NCBI RefSeq assembly: GCF_009914755.1
Contig: NC_060939.1
Source: the human T2T-CHM13v2.0 reference genome, Homo sapiens
DNA length: 64,000 nt
Direction: 5' to 3' (one strand)
A program made the position numbers and the translations under genes. Positions 47,918 to 64,000 of this stretch are shown here, in pieces (the first letter of the stretch is position 1; each line of letters begins with the position of its first letter). The notes beneath the pieces were generated by a model. It saw only the letters and a program-made list of their open reading frames with translations, searched no databases and had not been told where the DNA came from.

Positions 47918-50297
47918 TGTCTTCAGACTGACGGGCCCTATATCATGTTCTGGAAAGCAAACAAATGTTTGCTTATGACCTGGTAGGTAATCATTACAGT
48001 CTTAGGGTGCTAGGGATAAAGAACACTAACAATGACCCACTTGTGCAGGAGTAGCATGATTTCCTGGTTGATCTCTCTGCCTCCTGTCATCTCATAGGTA
48101 GCTCACAGAATCTTTTAAAAAATCCTGATTGTGCCTCTACTCAAAATTCTTCAGTGGCTCTCCATTTGCTACAAGTAAAAGATATGCCTTTTGTGACCCT
48201 CTTCCAGACTCCTCCAGGCAAAGGCTTTCATTAAACCTTTAAATATCTGCATCACAGCAACTATCATGGTCCTAAGAGTCCAGCCCCATGTCTATCTCTC
48301 CCAAAGATCAGAAGTCCTTGAAAAATACATTAGTATTCCCAGCACTTAGCCTGGTACCAGGGAGATAGTTGGTGTTCAACAAATGTTTGCTGAATAAAAG
48401 CATTAAAACCCAAATAAATAGAACTTATCTTCCTATTTAAACTATAATTTCAATCTTCGTCCCTAATTTTCTCCCCAGGGCTCAAAACAAGTAATACAGA
48501 TGAGAAAGAGAAGGGAGAACAAAATAAGAGACCATCGCCTCCACTAGTGCATAGCGGGGAATACAAAGAGTTTATAAACCACACACCATCACTGTGCAGC
48601 AGCCTTGTCAAATGAATAGGGTATCTCATTGGCTGAACCTAGCGCTCAGTGCATCATCCCCCTCCAGCAGGCATCAGCAGCTTAGGAGGAAGGGGCCTAA
48701 TCTACCTAGGCATTATTACTGTGCTGAGGCCTACCATAGTCAAATATAAGCAACAACTGGCAAATCACAGGGGATATCAACTTCATGCCAAACAATAAAA
48801 CGAACCTGATTTCCAAAGAAAACTTTGGGTTTAGCCTCAAATAAACAGATATAAAGACCATTTTAAAGAATGTCAGTCGTATAGCAGCTGGCTGACTTAA
48901 TTTTTGTAAGTCCTCATTAGTGGAAACCTCTCCAAAAACAGAGATTATTTTTTTGGGGGTAATTTATCTACATAATTTAAATACTGCACTCTCTCAACTA
49001 ATTCTAGTATATGGAAAACTATTTTTAAATGGGAATGCAGCTAACTTCGGGACAGAGTGTATGATTTCTTTTTAAATAGAAATAATTACAATTTTAGGAA
49101 GTACAACTGCTCAAACAAATGTTCAAAGCTCTCAACCTCAGTTTTTTATTTTTTAAGCATCTAAATGAGCTAAAACTGTGCAATTCTTTAGCCATTGGTT
49201 CAAATCATTAGCTATGCAGTGTGTGGAATAATGTCTGCTCAATAATTATTTGTTGAGTAAATGAGTGAATGATAATGTAATCCTCAGCATAATTTTTTTT
49301 AAAAAGCTGGCATTTATAACAACATTATTCTATAATTACAACATCAAGGCCAGCAAGGTAATGACATTCTTTTAAGTATATCCACCCCGTAAAATTTAAC
49401 ACTAACAATCAATATTAATGCCAAAGGAAGTTCTGGAGACAGAAGACTTATGTGTTTTCTTTCAGTGTTTGAAGGACAAAGCCTAAAGGAGATGCTCAAA
49501 GTAAGTAAAATGAGAAAATGTGCAGTTTCTTGTGTTGATCTATAGAAAGGAAACAGAGGCATGGTTTACATAACTCCTTAATTAGGAAACCTATGGACGA
49601 AGCCTCATATTAGAAAAAGAAAAGCCAGCTGATTAATGGAGCACATAGACTTGAAATTTTCCTAGATGAACTTTCCTGAGCAGAGCCAGATTTTCCTAAT
49701 CTGGTAATCTTCTAAAGTCAAATCCAAAAGTCATTTTTAGCTCGTTCACTCAAACACATTCTTAGTACCTACTGTGTGTTTTAGATAATGCTCTAGGATG
49801 TTGGGATGCAGAAAGAGGAACAAGCCAAAAATCGGTTGAATAAAGGGAGATATTATAGATCTTTCTAAAAAGGAATGTAGAAGATATGAGTACTTGATTA
49901 CAAAGTGATTGAAGGAGCGCTATCTCATTACATGCTCCTGATTTTCGCAGTCTGATAAAGCAGTCAGATATGCCACATTAAAAAAACAGTGATCTCTGTC
50001 TATTTTGAGATAAACACAGAAACACAGGGAAAATGTTCAAGGTCTGATTCAAACAAATTTTATTACTTCTTTGGGGAATCATTTTGGGGGACAGACACCC
50101 TATAAAATTCAGCTTGGGGTCAGTTAAGGTGTTACAGATCAGAGTTCATTAAGTGATCTTATATGATCACCACCCAGAGTAAAATCATCATTCTGTGAGG
50201 GGCAACCTTCTTAAGTTGTCAAGTTGCATAAAGACCAATGTGATTTTTGTGCAACATAGAAGACAATATAAATCCCCCAAATAACACATTCTTTAAA

Positions 50298-50492
50298 GCA
50301 GAGCTGTTCAATAGAACTTTGTGTAACAATGGAAATGTTCTATATCTTCACTGTCTAATGCAGTAGCTACTATCTACATGCGGCTACTAGGCATTTGAAA
50401 TGTTGTTAGTGAGACTGAGGAAGTGAATTTTTATTTTTATAAATTTATATTTAAGAAGCCATATATGCCTAGTGGTGACTGTATTGAATAAT
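50298..50492. mobile_element. MER3-like hAT-Charlie MITE
   Basis: cagagctgttcaatagaactt...atggaaatgttctatatct...ctagtggtgactgtattg. Confidence 0.7.
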
Positions 50493-51032
50493 AATTCAGT
50501 TATGAACAAAATAAAGTTTGCATTATTTACATTCAGGACAACAAGAATGACATCTGAATTAATCCTGGAGGTAGATGCCTAAAGTAAAAAAGAAAAATAT
50601 ATGGGTTGCATAAATCAGGAGCTCTTTGTGGGAATGGTTCAATCACAACTCCTATTGCACCACAGTGGAAGTAATAAGATGGCTGAGAGGGTAGAGGACT
50701 CACGGGAGATTCTGAAGGAGGGTAATCAAGGCCTATTCCAGTTGAGTGTTTTTTTTAAATGGAGTTTTTTAAAACTATATAAGAAATGTGAGAATTACAC
50801 AACAAATTGTCCATGTCCCTTTGTTTTGTTATAATTGGCAGATCTTAAGGAACTGGATCTGCACAGCTGTCACTATTTGTCACCTCTCCTCTGTTCCCTG
50901 TTAGCTACCTTGGGGATCCTGTAGTCTGTTTTTCATTTCACATCTTTGGTCATGAGTTGTGCAGGAAGCCCACAATATTTTAGATTTACATTTTGTTGTT
51001 CTGCTTATTTAAGCCATTTAGTAAGCATTTTA

Positions 51033-51388
<356 letters not shown>

Positions 51389-52210
51389 AAAATTTAAAGT
51401 ATTTTTTTAAAAGGAAAAAGAAGAGTATATTTTTGGGGAGAAATAAAGGAATTCACAACTAGTAAGGACTTCTATGTACCAAGTACTTCTCTGCCACTAG
51501 CTCTATAAAGCAGATGTCACTATTCCTTCATTTTGGATGAGGAAATTGAAGCTCAGGGATGTTAAATAGCCAGCCCACAATCATGCAAGTGGGCAATGAC
51601 ACAGCTCTTATAGAAACCTAAATCCCATGGATCCGTCAAATCTATCTTTTTTCCTGCTATAGTACACTGCTTCCTAAACCTGCTTCACAATGTAATTTTC
51701 AGAAACAAATTCCACAGTAAAAATGATGGTAAGCCTTGAATTTTTCCCCCTTAGTTTCTTCCACATCTGTCAATCCATCCACTGCCTTATTAAAGAAACA
51801 AAGAAAAGAAAAAAGAGAAAGTGGTCTTTATGGACTGGTTCTGGAATATTTAAAAGGATCTAAAGCCATTGCGTTAGGAGGTTTTGCTGTCTTTTAGTTT
51901 TTAAACACACCATTTTTAAAAGTTATCAAGTCTTTAAATCATAAAACATTACTGAAAGGAGTAGTTTAAAACTGCATGCAAATGACTTGTTGAACGTATT
52001 AAAAAAGGAAATTTCCAAATGCCATCTAAAATACTTGTTTCATTAGGAAAAATAACAAAACAAAACCCCCTTAGCTTAGAACTATTGGAGTCAACTTTAT
52101 TACCTTTCCAAAGAAGCAACCTTGTATCATAATGTATTATACCCTACAGAGTCAAGTATATAGACACTTGAGCACTTAAGGAAAACTGGACAATATCTTA
52201 TTGGCATCAC

Positions 52211-52505
52211 TTTTTTTTTTTTTAAGACAGTGTCTCCCTTTGTCACCCAGGCTGCAAAGCAGTGGTGCAATCTCAGTTCACTGTGTCCTTGACCTCCTGG
52301 GCTCAAGGATAATCTTAACTCAGCCTCCCAAGTAGCTGGGACCACAGGTACATGCCTCCACACTCGGCTAATTTTTGTTATTTTTTGTAGAGATGGGGTT
52401 TTGCCATGTTGCCTAGGCTAATCTTGAATTCCTGAGCTCAAGTGATCTGCCCACCTTGGCTTCCCAAAGTGCTGGGATTACAGGCATGAGCCACCGTGCC
52501 TGGCA
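52211..52505 (-). mobile_element. Alu (AluJ-like)
   Basis: Full dimer with flanking repeat GCATCAC. Confidence 0.92.
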
Positions 52506-52719
52506 GCATCACATACTTTTAAAAGGAAGGCAACAGGTAGAGAGAAAGCTATCTTTCTGATAGGGCATCTATAATCATTTTAAGTTTTTGAATGCAAAGT
52601 GATGATGTTTTTTTTAAGTCTTAAATTTTATGTCTGAAAGTACATGACTTCTTTTTTTAAAAAAAGGAAAACAGTAGGAGCCCTTCAGCATTTTACAAGA
52701 ATTTAGTGATTAAGGACAT

Positions 52720-52900
52720 TAAAGTCTAGTGGCTAAGATCGACTCGATTCCAGCTGGTTAAACTCCTACTGGTTCTGTGACTTTAGGAAAAGCACTCTGC
52801 CTCGCTTTCTTTATCTGAAAAATGGGGATAATAACTCTTAGGATGGTTGTGAGGATTAAATGAGCTAATATATGTTAGGCACTTAGAATATTCACAGAGG
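52720..52900 (+). mobile_element. MIR
   Basis: tctgaaaaatggggataata...ggttgtgaggattaaatgagctaata. Confidence 0.8.
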
Positions 52901-53185
52901 CAATGCTTTATTTTTTTTCTACCAGTCTTCATAACTGAGAATACAATGAAATAAAATAATTATTTATTTATTTTATTTTTATTACACTTTAAGTTTTAGG
53001 GTACATGTGCACAAAGTGCAGGTTTGTTACATATGTATACATGTGCCATGTTGGTGTGCTGCACCCATTAACTTGTCATTTAACATTAGGTATATCTCCT
53101 AATGCTATCCCTCCCCCCTCCCCCCACCCCACAACATTCCCCGGAGTGTGATGTTCCCCTTCCTGTGTCCATGTGTTCTCACTGG

Positions 53186-56982
<3,797 letters not shown>

Positions 56983-57045
56983 TATGATGTTAGCTGGTTA
57001 TTTTGCTCGTTAGTTGATGCAGTTTCTTCCTAGCCTTGATGGTCT

Positions 57046-58060
57046 TTACATTTTGGCATGTTTTTGCAGTGGCTGGAACTGGTTGTTCCTTTCCATGTTT
57101 AGTGCTTCCTTCAGGAGCTCTTTCAGGGCAGGCCTGGTGGTGACAAAATCTCTCAGCATTTGCTTGTCTGTAAAGTATTTTATTTCTCCTTCACTTATGA
57201 AGCTTAGTTTGGCTGGATATGAAATTCTGGGTTGAAAATTCTTTTCTTTAAGAATGTTGAATATTGGCCCCCACTCTCTTCTGGCTTGTAGAGTTTCTGC
57301 CAAGAGATCAGCTGTTAGTCTGATGGGCTTCCCTTTGTGGGTAACCCGACCTTTCTCTCTGGCTGCCCTTAACATTTTTTCCTTCATTTCAACTTTGGTG
57401 AATCTGACAATTATGTGTCTTGGAGTTGCTCTTCTCGAGGAGTATCTGTGGCGTTCTCTGTATTTCCCGAATCTGAATGTTGGCCTGCCTTGCTAGATTG
57501 GGGAACTTCTCCTGGATAATATCCTGCAGAGTGTTTTCCAGCTTGGTTCCATTCTCCCTGTCACTTTCAGGTACACCAATCAGACGCAGATTTGGTCTTT
57601 TCACATAGTCCCATATTTCTTGGAGGCTTTGTTCATTTCTTTTTATTCTTTTTTTCTCTAAACTTCCCTTCTCGCCTCATTTCATTCATTTCATCTTCCA
57701 TCACTGATACCCTTTCTTCCAGTTGATCGCATCGGCTCCTGAGGCGTCTGCATTCTTCACATAGTTCTCGAGTCTTAGCTTTCAGCTCCATCAGCTCCTT
57801 TAAGGACTTCTCTGCATTGGTTATTCTAGTTATCCATTCGTCTAATTTTTTTTCAAAGTTTCTAACTTCTTTGCCATTGGTTAGAATTTCCTCCTGTAGC
57901 TCAGAGTAGTTTGATCGTCTGAAGCCTTCTTCTCTCAACTCGTCAAAGTCATTCTCCATCCAGCTTTGTTCCGTTGCTGGTGAGGCACTGTGTTCCTTTG
58001 GAGGAGGAGAGTGCTCTGCTTTTTAGAGTTTCCAGTTTTTCTGCTCTGTTTTTTCCCCAT
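57046..58060 (-). pseudogene. L1 ORF1 (frameshifted)
   Basis: ATG at 58060. ORF1p sequence is split over three ORF-track fragments (57633-57959, 57389-57604, 57046-57387). Confidence 0.9.
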
Positions 58061-60099
58061 CTTTGTGGTTTTATCTACTTTTGGTCTTTGATGATGGTGA
58101 CGTATAGATGAGTTTTTGGTGTGGATGTCCTTTCTGTTTGTTGGTTTTCCTTCTAACAGACAGGACCCTCAGCTGCAGGTCTGTTGGAGTTTGCTAGAGG
58201 TCCACTCTAGACCCTTTTTGCCTGGGTGTCAGCAGCGGTGGCTGCAGAACAGCGGTGGCTGTAGAACAGTGGATTTTGGTGACCTGCAAATGCTGCTGCC
58301 TGATCGTTCCTCTGGAAGTTTTGTCTCAGAGGAGTACTCGGCCATGTGAGGTGTCAGTCTGCCCCTACTGGGGGATGCCTCCCAGTTAGGCTGCTCGGGG
58401 GTCAGGGACCCACTTGAGGAGGCAGTCTGCCCGTTCTCAGATCTCCAGCTGCGTGCTGGGAGAACCACTACTCTCCTCAAAGCTGTCAGACAGGGACATT
58501 TAAGTCTGCAGAGGTTACTGCTGTCCTTTTGTTTGTCTGTGCCCTGCCCCCAGAGGTGGAGCCTACAGAGGCAGGCAGGCCCCCTTGAGCTGTGGTGGGC
58601 TCCACCCAGTTCGAGCTTCCGGGCTGCTTTGTTTACCTAATCAAGCCTGGGCAACGGCAGGCGCCCCTCCCCCAGCCTCGGTGCTGCATTGCAGTTTGAT
58701 CTCAGACTGCTGTGCTAGCAATCAGTGAGACTCCGTGAGCATAGGACCCTCTGAGCCAGTTGCGGGATATAATCTCCTGGTGTGCCGTTTTTTAAGCCCG
58801 TTGGAAAAGCACAGTATTAGGGTGGGAGTGACCCGGTTTTCCAGGTGTCGTCTGTCACCCCTTTCTTTGACTAGGAAAGGGAACTCCCTGACCCCTTGCG
58901 CTTCCCGAGTGAGGTAGTGCCTCGCCCTGCTTCAGCTCGCGCACGGTGTGCCGCACCCACTGTCCTGCACCCACTGTCTGGCACTCCCTAGTGAGATGAA
59001 CCCGGTACCTCAGATGGAAATGCAGAAATCACCCGTCTTCTGCGTTGCTCATGCTGGGAGCTGTAGACCGGAGCTGTTCCTATTCGGCCACCTTGGCTCC
59101 CGAAATAAAATAATTTTAACTAATGTCAGCTAATAAAAATTTATAGAGATGCCATCAAACATGGTACAATTAGTAAAAATTAAATATTTTACTGAGGCTA
59201 TCATGAAAGAAATTTTGGTTTAATAAGAATGTCTAGAAGATATTATAATTTCTGATATATTATGCTGTCTGAGGGTATACAGTAAGTAAACAGTACATTT
59301 TCATTTTATAATATGCCTCACAAAATATCAAATAATGGGAAAAGTCCAATAAGCTGTTTGATGATAAAATCTGTTCCAAGTTGAAAACGGTATCCAAGAT
59401 AGTAGTTTAGGTAAACTATAGTATGTTTCCCCTACTCCCAAATCACAAAAAGCTTCTGGAACTTAGAATGGAAGTCTTCTTCTTACACAATGTATTTTCA
59501 ACTGCATATGGGTTGTTATGATTGTGTTTCCCAAAAAGAGATATTAAAGTATTATCTCCCACAGTGTTACCATAATTTTCTGGCCTTCTTAGGGACTCCT
59601 TTATTTCCAAGTACACTAGCTAGTGTTAGAATTATTTTTCCTTAGAATAACCTGACAAAGGAAAAGGACAAAGAAGAAAGGAGATGAGAAATGAGGTAAA
59701 AAAACTTCAATGATAGATGCCACTGGTTTCCAAACAGTCTAAGGATTGGTCAGTAGTTCATATGAATCTTGCTTGTGCTCTGCATGTAGTAGTCCAGGCT
59801 ACTCACCTCTCTCCTGACTTCATGGAAGAAGAGCACTGAGAAATCCTTATTCTGCCTCAGGCTTTGCTTTTCAGAAGGAAGGAAAGTGTGTGGCACTCAA
59901 GGGAGACAGGTAAGAAGTCACTGAGCATTCAAGGAAGACGAGTGAAGATGATCAGAGAATTGCAGAATCTTTGCATTGGCAGGCACCTCTGAAGTAATTT
60001 AGCTCAACCCTCTTTGCAGTGCAGCATCCTCCTCACAATATCTCTGAGAGATGGTCCATCAGCCTCTGCCTATATACCTCCAATAACAGGGATCTTTAC

Positions 60100-60800
60100 T
60101 TTTTTGAGTCTGCTTGATCCAAGCCAGAAATCTGGGATACATTATAGATTCTTTACATTATCCAATCTTGTGTATTTTTCGTCTTAAATATCTCTCAAAT
60201 CTGTCTACTGTCCCCCCTCCCACTATCTTAGTTGAGGCCTCCCTTTCTCATGCCTTTGTGTGATCCTGCAATAGTATCTAACTACCAAATTTCCTGCTAC
60301 CAAATAATCCACATACACATGGCAGCCTGCAGGATGGATGTTTTAAAAAACAAATCTAATTGTGTTATTCCTCTGCTTAAAAACCTTTGATGGCTCACTA
60401 ACATAAACAGCAAAAAGTCTAAGGTTTTAGCCTGAAATGCATGACACTGGCTAACTCTCCACTTCACATTTCAGCAACACTAAATGTTTGTGGTGCCTAC
60501 ATGCATCTCCATGATTTTGCTCATATTGTTGTCTCTGATTGGAATATTCTTTCTCCCCTTTGTCAGCTAGTTAAATCAGTTCAGGAATTATCTCCAGAAA
60601 GGTATCTTTTGACACCCTCCTCTGTGTAATATTAAAAATATACCATGTGTATATCTCTATCACTGTATTTATATTACACTGAAATAATTAACAAGCTCAC
60701 CTCTTTCCCCCCAGGTGAGTCCCTCAAAGCAGTGTTAATAACCCTTAGCACTTGGCACAGGGCTCATGGGTGCAGGTGTTTAATACATGCCTAGTAAACA
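60100..60800 (+). mobile_element. L2 fragment
   Basis: ccaagccagaaatctggg, ctctgcttaaaaacctttgatggctc and cttagcacttggcacag motifs. Confidence 0.6.
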
Positions 60801-60958
60801 TCAGAACGTTTTTCTGATGTGACTTAAAATTTGTAACTCCAATGGTCCAAATTCTGCTTCATGGAGCAATAAAAACCATCTCTCCAAGAAAACAGAACAT
60901 TTGGCTAGTACAGAAAAAGGCAAAGTTTAAATACTACTTATTGGACATTTGCACTTAC

Positions 60959-61152
60959 CTAAGTTGCTGTATGTTGCACTACAAGGGTTCGGGTCCATAG
61001 GATCTGAAATGTCTTCTTTTCCATCTTCCCTTTCCAGTTCAGGTAGGGACAATGCTGTTGTGACTGAAGTGCAGCCCCTGCCATCTTGCTTCCCAACAAC
61101 AGTTCTTGGATCCCGAGGAGAAAAATCCTCTGTTACTTCATGGGTCATGTGA
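60959..61152 (-). CDS. PEAK1: PEAK1 internal coding exon (194 nt, about aa 1046-1111; HMTHEVTEDF...CSATYSNLG)
   Basis: Acceptor gatttgtttcag|T at 61153/61152 and donor TTAG|gtaagt at 60959/60958. Structure is 1+192+1 nt, and the split Gly codon is completed by the next exon. Upstream exons lie outside the window. Confidence 0.95.
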
Positions 61153-62851
61153 CTGAAACAAATCAGACCACTTGTCACACTGGTATTGGAAGGTTCTACT
61201 AAAATTTAGATTTATGGAAGGCATATACTTCCCATAAATGTAAATAACTGGTCCTATAGTCACAATACACTTGTCTGAACACAAGGCAGTACTTCATTTA
61301 GGCAGATACTTCTATTTACCTTGATTCACACATATTGAGAACCCAATTTGATAGAGCAGGTATGGTAGCCTGCAAGGGAACTTGAGAATAACAGTCAAAG
61401 AGTGAAACATTTTATTTAGGTGGGAGGTGGTGATGTTGGTGGTAGAAGGAGCTGAATGTTTAACTGGCTAAAGACAAATATACTCAAGTATTTAGTAAAG
61501 TATTTACTATACTTACTAATTATAGTATTCTAATACTATGGTAAATATCAAGTACTTTACTACATAGTTTTAATTTATATATAGTATTTAGTACACACTT
61601 TAGTGTGTACTAAATCAGGATCAGGAATAAAGTTGAGATTAAACTAACTGCATAAGGAAGTTAAGCCATTGTTTTAGTAGGTACACTGAGGCCAGGAAGG
61701 TCTTGTTGCCAAGAGAATAGAAGCATCAACCTTTGCCTGTCTGCATGCAGCAGGGAAGGCAAATGGAAAAGAAAGTTCGTAGTCTAGTTAATCTCATTTA
61801 TTAAAATGAATCTGAAGCATCCTCCTGGCTGCATACCAGTATATGACCAATCTTGTTTTACCATTGCCTGCTCATATGCTTATAGCTACTTCTTCCCATC
61901 TTCCCCACTCCCCAATCTGCCTGAACTGTGCCAATTCTGTTGCTGGTGGAGAAAACTGGCCTAGTTAGAAAATCTCAATGGACTGGTCAATTAAATTAAT
62001 TCAAAATCATGCATCTTTAAAGTTTGCTGGGCCCACTGAAAAGTATTCCTAGATTATCACACATTCATTAGCTATTTTTCCTGGTTTCTTTATGAAAAAA
62101 AGAAAGAAGGAAGGAAAGGAAACATATATGATTACAGGTTATTTGTGGATTTTCAATTGGCAGTGAGCCATGGTGACATTTACCAGTTTCTTTAAAGAGG
62201 TACTTTGTTTGATCGTGTGCCATCAGAACATATATCGCCTGTGGATTTAAGGGAGTAGATCTAAAGGCAAAGGAGTACCCTCTTATCAATTTTTCATTAT
62301 GGAAATTATGCATGTGCCTGGACAGAAAAATAAGCCTTGATGTCTGCTGGATATACAACTTCAAAAATATCCTTTCAAAGTTGGCAGAGCCAGAGGTCTC
62401 TCTATACTGGGAATAAGCAATGAGCTGGAAGTTCCATTAGGGGATCTGGCTCTTGAGGACAGTGGTGAGGTTGGAAGGAATCACTTTTCTAGCAGTCAAG
62501 AGAGTAGTATATATAAAGGAGGCCTCACACAGTAAAGCATACTGCCTCTTCTCGATGGGCTGCCCTCGGTCATCAACCCAAAAGAGGGGCTCCACACAAA
62601 GTTGGTTTCTCATAATATGGAGCACCATAAAATCAAGATAACATGGGGGATCTATCTCCACGCATTAGGGAAGACAAAACAAAGTGACACTTCCAAGACA
62701 CTCAGGTACCACTTCGTGTCAAGAGTGTATATTACTGAGTAGTTATCAACATGCTTCAAGAAAGGGAAAATGTTTTCTGGCAAAAGTTAATAGAAACCAT
62801 TTCTAGTTTCAAAGCAATAAATATAAAGTCCCTTAAAAATATCAGCCCCCT

Positions 62852-63139
<288 letters not shown>

Positions 63140-64000
63140 TCAGCCCCCACACTTGAAAGAAAAAAAAATGTTAAAGCTCCAGACATTTCCTGCTCTAAAG
63201 TCAGCTTTAGAGGTTTCCTGAATAGCTGTTTCTTGGCTCCTAATCTCTTCAGACTTACTCCTGCCTTCTTTCTTTCTCCATCTCCTGGTTATTACTAAAA
63301 GAAAGTGTTCCTTCCCATTTGTCAAAAAGGGTTGGTGAAGGGTTCAGAAGCCACGATTCCATCCTCACTTGCCTGTTTTCATCCTAGGCAATGGGCTATT
63401 AACAACAAAGCTCAGTTATAGTGAAAACCACAGAAAAAACTGCAGCTATTAACCTATGAGGAACTCCCTGGGCCCGCTGCACATGTGTACATATAACACA
63501 GCTCTGTACTCTGAAGAGCTTCACAAAATAAAACATGAATACTTAAAAGCAAGAAATATTAGAAAACTCACCCGCTGTGCTCACTAACACAATTCCCCAT
63601 TAAAGGAAAATTTCACAGGGCCTTCTCGAGTCTGTTAATCATGCTCTGACACTCAGATAAACCATAGATTCCACTGAGTTCTGGAGAGCTACAAGTTAGG
63701 CAAACCATGAGAAAAGGCTTGATTCTGTTCCTTAATATCACTCACTGCACCTTGACCCTTACCTTACTGGTTTGGTCTGGGAAATGTGCCAAATTACCTT
63801 TGGGGAACCAAGCAAAGTGAAAGCTAGTTTTATTAACCCTTTGCAAACTAAGGCAGCACAGCCTATATTCCAGATAAAGATTGGTTTTTATGAGCACATT
63901 TTAAATAAGTGCACTGGTATATTAAATCATCAATTAAAGTAATTGTCAACTCTAAAGAACTACGCAAATAGAGTTGATAAAAGTAAAATCACATGGATTT

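Overview
Human (or very close hominid) genomic DNA covering the 3' half of the PEAK1 (SgK269) pseudokinase gene on the minus strand. Three coding exons are present (60959-61152, 35455-36200, 16614-17777). They have canonical GT-AG sites and splice in frame to the C-terminal ~700 aa. A ~6 kb 3'UTR ends at an AATAAA near 10650, followed by ~10 kb of downstream sequence. The introns are dense with interspersed repeats: a full-length but inactivated L1PA4-like LINE in gene-sense orientation, a complete THE1 and a complete MLT1A-type MaLR provirus, a Tigger3-type DNA transposon carrying nested insertions, an old L1MB, about 16 Alus, and L2, MIR and MER fragments. An ERV1-type solo LTR lies downstream of the gene. 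I found no evidence for a new protein-coding gene; almost all other ORFs in the track are repeat-derived or spurious. The most interesting leads: (1) the 746-nt penultimate exon has a weak acceptor and flanking inverted Alus; if circularised it gives a full-circle 249-aa ORF with an AUGA start/stop overlap, and skipping it gives a stop in the last exon; (2) clustered miR-200-family and miR-181 seed sites in the 3'UTR; (3) several template-switch or fold-back scars; (4) an MLT1 fragment apparently copied locally into a younger transposon; (5) lesions in regulatory sites of the L1 5'UTR. Repeat subfamily names and residue numbering come from my recall of consensus and reference sequences and need RepeatMasker/BLAST confirmation.
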